From an uncultured Planctomycetales bacterium (GTDB lineage Bacteria; Omnitrophota; Gorgyraeia; Gygaellales; Profunditerraquicolaceae): a stretch of DNA of 64,000 nt. Of this stretch, positions 58,976 to 64,000 are shown piece after piece. The notes beneath the pieces are model-generated. The model did no database searches. It saw only the letters and a program-made list of their open reading frames with translations, and was not told the DNA's origin. The stretch covers positions 157,884-221,883 of the forward strand of contig CAYRUB010000001.1 in assembly GCA_964427405.1 (NCBI GenBank), read 5' to 3'. Made by a program: the position numbers and the translations under genes. Position 1 is the first letter of the stretch, and every line of letters starts with the position of its first letter.

Positions 58976-60119
58976 CGGTCACCTCATAAGCATAAAATAT
59001 CTTTTTAAGAAAATGCTTGAGCAAATGCGTCTCCTCTTCTACCTCCAGAAGAAACGCGTCGTGCCCATAAGTTGAATCAATTTCACAGTAAGTTGTCTCT
59101 ACCCCTGAAAGCTTGCAAGCCTTGACTATCTCCTTTGATTGATACGCCGGGTACAGCCAATCAGATTTAAAAGAGATAACTAAAACCTTTACTTTAGTAC
59201 CCTCTAAAACATCCTCAAAACGCCGGCCCCCCGATGCATCAAAATTATCCATGGCCTTAGTAATGTAAAGATAGGAGTTCGCGTCAAAGCGTTTGACAAA
59301 ATTATCACCGCGGTAACGCAAGTACCCTTCTACCTCAAAATCAGCGGTAAATTTAAATGTTTCGCCGACATCTTTCTTAGCCCGTCCGAATTTTTCCGCC
59401 ATCGATGTATCACTCATATATGTAATATGGCCAATCATCCTGGCTACCGCTAAACCTTTGGATGGAGCCGGGCCTTCATAATAATTCCCGGACTTCCAAT
59501 GCGCGTCAGCCATAATCGCCTGCCTGCCTACTTCATTAAAAGCAATCTGCTGAGGTGAATGCTTAATCGTTGTGGCAATAGGCACTACGCTGCGTAAACT
59601 CTGAGGATAATTAACCAACCAGGATAAAACCTGCTGCCCGCCCATTGAACCGCCGACTACTGAAAGTAATTTTTCTATTCCCAGATGATCAATCAGGCGT
59701 TTCTGAGCGTTGACTATATCGTTAATAGTAATCAAAGGAAAATCCAAAGCATAAGGTTTGGCTGTCTTTGGATTTATACTTGCCGGACCGGTTGAACCCT
59801 TGCACCCCCCAAGTACATTAGAACAAATCACAAAATACTTATCTGTATCAAATGCCTTTGCCGGGCCGATAAATTCATCCCACCATCCGGGATTATCCTG
59901 ACCATCATAGACCCCAGCCGCATGCGCGTCACCTGAAAGGGCATGCGTAATAAGAACAGCGTTAGACTTATCCTTATTTAAAACGCCATAAGTCTCATAA
60001 GCCAGGCTAACCGGCCCAAACTTCTCCCCGCACTCAAGTTTAAGCGCATCAAAAGTAAAAACCTGGGTCTGCACAATGCCGACACTATTATTTTGAATTA
60101 TTTTATTTTCCTTGTTCAT
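58959..60119 (-). CDS. metX: homoserine O-acetyltransferase
   Basis: HALSG, GGSMGG, GHDAFL. Confidence 0.94.
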   Translation of the reverse strand: MNKENKIIQNNSVGIVQTQVFTFDALKLECGEKFGPVSLAYETYGVLNKDKSNAVLITHALSGDAHAAGVYDGQDNPGWWDEFIGPAKAFDTDKYFVICSNVLGGCKGSTGPASINPKTAKPYALDFPLITINDIVNAQKRLIDHLGIEKLLSVVGGSMGGQQVLSWLVNYPQSLRSVVPIATTIKHSPQQIAFNEVGRQAIMADAHWKSGNYYEGPAPSKGLAVARMIGHITYMSDTSMAEKFGRAKKDVGETFKFTADFEVEGYLRYRGDNFVKRFDANSYLYITKAMDNFDASGGRRFEDVLEGTKVKVLVISFKSDWLYPAYQSKEIVKACKLSGVETTYCEIDSTYGHDAFLLEVEEETHLLKHFLKKIFYAYEVTGDYGA

Positions 60120-61051
60120 GCTTTTACCTCTTGAAAAAGCCAGGTCGTCAGATACCGCTCACCGGTATCAGGAAGAATAACCACGATAACCTTGCCCTTA
60201 TTCTCTTTGCGCTTAGCTACATCTAAAGCCGCCCATAATGCTGCCCCGCTTGAAATACCGACCAAGATCCCATCTGATTTTGCCAAGGCCCTGGCTGCAG
60301 CCCCGGCATCATCGTTAGTTACCCGGATAACTTCATCAATTACATCCCGGTTTAAAACCTGCGGGATAAACCCCGCACCGATACCTTGGATCTTATGCGG
60401 CCCGGCAGAACCCCCGGATAAAATTGGAGAAGCATCAGGTTCAACCGCGATTGCCTTAAAACTCTTTTTTCTTTTTTTAATTACTTCCGAAACACCTGTA
60501 ATTGTACCACCTGTACCGACTCCCGCAACCAGAATATCAACTTTTCCATCTGTATCAGCCCAAATCTCCTCCGCTGTAGTCTTGCGATGGATTTCCGGAT
60601 TAGCCGGATTATTAAACTGCTGCAAGATAATCGCATTAGGAGTTACTTTTACCAGTTCCTCGGCTTTCTTAACCGCGCCCTTCATACCCTCCGCTCCAGG
60701 AGTTAAAACCAGCTGCGCTCCAAAAATCGCCAAAAGCTGTCTTCTTTCTACGCTCATGGTATCAGGCATAGTCAAAATCAGTTTATAACCTTTGGCCGCG
60801 GCGACAAATGCCAAAGCTATTCCCGTGTTACCACTAGTAGGTTCAATAATCGTCGTGTTTTTCTTAAGTACACCTCTACGCTGCGCATCCTCGATTAAAG
60901 CAACCCCCAACCTATCCTTAACACTTGAAAGCGGATTAAATGATTCAATTTTTGCCAATACCGTTGCCTCCAACCCCTCGGCAATTCGATTCAATTTTAC
61001 TAATGGAGTATTGCCAACGGTTTTCGTAATATCAGAATATATCTTTCCCAT
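60116..61051 (-). CDS. cysK: cysteine synthase A
   Basis: SVKDR, PTSGNTG, GTGGT. Confidence 0.95.
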   Translation of the reverse strand: MGKIYSDITKTVGNTPLVKLNRIAEGLEATVLAKIESFNPLSSVKDRLGVALIEDAQRRGVLKKNTTIIEPTSGNTGIALAFVAAAKGYKLILTMPDTMSVERRQLLAIFGAQLVLTPGAEGMKGAVKKAEELVKVTPNAIILQQFNNPANPEIHRKTTAEEIWADTDGKVDILVAGVGTGGTITGVSEVIKKRKKSFKAIAVEPDASPILSGGSAGPHKIQGIGAGFIPQVLNRDVIDEVIRVTNDDAGAAARALAKSDGILVGISSGAALWAALDVAKRKENKGKVIVVILPDTGERYLTTWLFQEVKA

Positions 61052-61061
61052 AGTTATCTCC

Positions 61062-62375
<1,314 letters not shown>

Positions 62376-62803
62376 TTAAAATGCATACTGCGCGCTTAAT
62401 ACAAAACCATTACCTAATCCTTGCCTTGTGGACCCCGTGTAGTCACCCGTAGCGGTATAGGCGGCAATAATAGTAAGGTTACTATTTGGAATCCAGGCTA
62501 AATGCGCATCCCAATAATTAGCGTTTTGCACATTGGAAAAACGCGCCCCCTGTTTGAATTCATAACCCACAACAAAACCATGAGGAAGTACTATGTCAAT
62601 ATTGGCAAACCCCGTAAACTTTCTTTTATCGCTAAACCCGAGTACACCCGTTACATATTCCTGGGTAGAAAGCACGCCAACGGATTAAATGCCACACCTC
62701 CCGCACCTTCTAGATTGTTAAAAGGTGGTTCTGCGAATACTCTGTTTGTCAAAGAACCAAATGCTAACACTAACAAACCCGCTAAAAAAATAAACTTTTT
62801 CAT
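62376..62803 (-). pseudogene. internally deleted DUF3034-like outer-membrane protein
   Basis: Signal peptide plus NLEGAGGVAFNPLA joins out of frame to a beta-barrel C-terminus (...SAQYAF). Confidence 0.6.
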
Positions 62804-62917
62804 TTAAACCTCCCAATACTTTTCTCCTAACTCCAGCTATCTGGTTGTATCGGGAAATTATAATTTTTATGATTTATGATTTCCGGGTGGATCCGGTCAA
62901 TCCAAAAAACCTTACTG

Positions 62918-63112
62918 CTAAATACCGCCCCCTTCCTCAATCTTCCAAACATCATCAAAACGTTTTCTCTCAGCGACTTCTGCCTGCGTAATCTTTCTGT
63001 CATGCACCTTAACAGTTACCGTTCCGAAACTTAAAGTTTCCACGGCATCGCTGATCTCTTTTATAATCGCGTCATTAACTATATTCTTAGTTGCTTTAGG
63101 TTTAATATTCAT
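62918..63112 (-). CDS. YezD/DUF2292-family protein
   Basis: LSFGTVTVKVHD.KITQ.E..E..R. Confidence 0.75.
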   Translation of the reverse strand: MNIKPKATKNIVNDAIIKEISDAVETLSFGTVTVKVHDRKITQAEVAERKRFDDVWKIEEGGGI

Positions 63113-63210
63113 TTAATAGCTCCTTACCCAACAATGGTACACGACGCGGAAGCGTCGTACTTGTTTCTCAAATAAAACAATGTACCGGCCGCTTCCTTTA
63201 AAGCCGGCTG

Positions 63211-63651
63211 TTAAATTGAATAAGCAAAAACTTCTTTCTTAACATTGATCTGATCGGCTAAATCGCCAAAAGTAACATTGTCAATTATGTTTGAAGTGGC
63301 GCTGGCCACCTTCTGCCAAATTCCTCTAAAAAGACAACAACTCAAATCACTGCACTTGGCATAACCTTTTTCTACACAAGAAATTGGCTCTATCGGACCC
63401 TCGATGTAACGCACTACCTGACCCAAAGTAATCCTGGATGGATCCTTGGCTAAATAATAGCCGCCCACATTACCGCGCCTGCTCTCAACAAAGCCGCCTT
63501 TTTTCAAATCCAAAAGGACCTGCTCTAGAAATTTTACCGGCGCATCAATACGCTTAGCAATATCATTAATCGTAGATACTCCCAACTCATGGTGAACAGC
63601 CAAATCTAATAGTGCCTTTAACGCATAATCGCCTTTGTAAGTTATTCTCAT
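63211..63651 (-). CDS. Rrf2-family regulator (CymR/IscR-like)
   Basis: KGDYAL, FLEQ, SRRG..GGY, three-Cys region. Confidence 0.92.
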   Translation of the reverse strand: MRITYKGDYALKALLDLAVHHELGVSTINDIAKRIDAPVKFLEQVLLDLKKGGFVESRRGNVGGYYLAKDPSRITLGQVVRYIEGPIEPISCVEKGYAKCSDLSCCLFRGIWQKVASATSNIIDNVTFGDLADQINVKKEVFAYSI

Positions 63652-63665
63652 TTTAGCTCCTTTTG

Positions 63666-63718
63666 TCTACTATCCCTATGAACATAGTAGAGTATAACTT
63701 AAAAATAATAATTGTCAA
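63666..63718 (-). promoter_or_regulatory. rrf2 promoter with palindromic operator
   Basis: TTGACA-16-TATACT; TCTACTAT-N10-ATAGTAGA. Confidence 0.55.
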
Positions 63719-63735
63719 GAAATATTTTTATTTTT

Positions 63736-64000
63736 TTAGATATTATCCATCTCCAATAATTGCGCGCGAATCTCCTGATATTTATCAAGATCAATCAATC
63801 TATATATTTCTTGCGCTTTACGCCAATGCTGCCTAGCCATATTCTTTTTCCCTTGTTTCCTATATAACAAGCCTAAATTGTAATTAACATTGGCCAAATC
63901 CAGTCGGCTATCAATCTCTCCTGCCAACTTAGCTGAATCCTTAAAATACTCTTCCGCTTTAGCCAAATCATCCATCTCCAAATAAAGCTCACCAATCATA
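63736..64000 (-). CDS. TPR-repeat protein, C-terminal fragment
   Basis: TPR-like helical pattern; 5' end outside the window. Confidence 0.7.
   Translation of the reverse strand, partial: MIGELYLEMDDLAKAEEYFKDSAKLAGEIDSRLDLANVNYNLGLLYRKQGKKNMARQHWRKAQEIYRLIDLDKYQEIRAQLLEMDNI

Overview
Bacterial chromosome segment in which essentially every gene lies on the minus strand. Gene content loosely suggests a Candidatus Omnitrophota-like anaerobe, which is inference only. Housekeeping flanks are metK, ferredoxin, NifX-like, DUF5320 and fur at 1-3.1 kb, and purC, pckG, trxB, def, panD, ackA, pta, trxA, thi4, met/cys genes and c-di-GMP-I and TPP riboswitches at 42.5-64 kb. Between them is a ~38 kb conjugative island (~3150-41400) with no recognisable integrase. 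It carries an F-like T4SS, a type IV pilus cluster, a coupling protein, a PD-(D/E)XK (MOB_C/Replic_Relax-type) relaxase, an AbiE toxin-antitoxin pair, a frameshifted IS1202-like IS and a LexA-headed defence block ending in CBASS. The most unusual part is 3.1-8.5 kb. Two homologous fold-back elements with compensatory base changes look like single-stranded-DNA (Frpo-like) promoters. One precedes a stand-alone SpoVG-Ubl(GG)-E2-like-E1-JAB ubiquitin-like conjugation operon. A 147-bp oriT-like sequence is present twice, identical and inverted, about 34 kb apart. All calls come from motif reading only; no database search was run.
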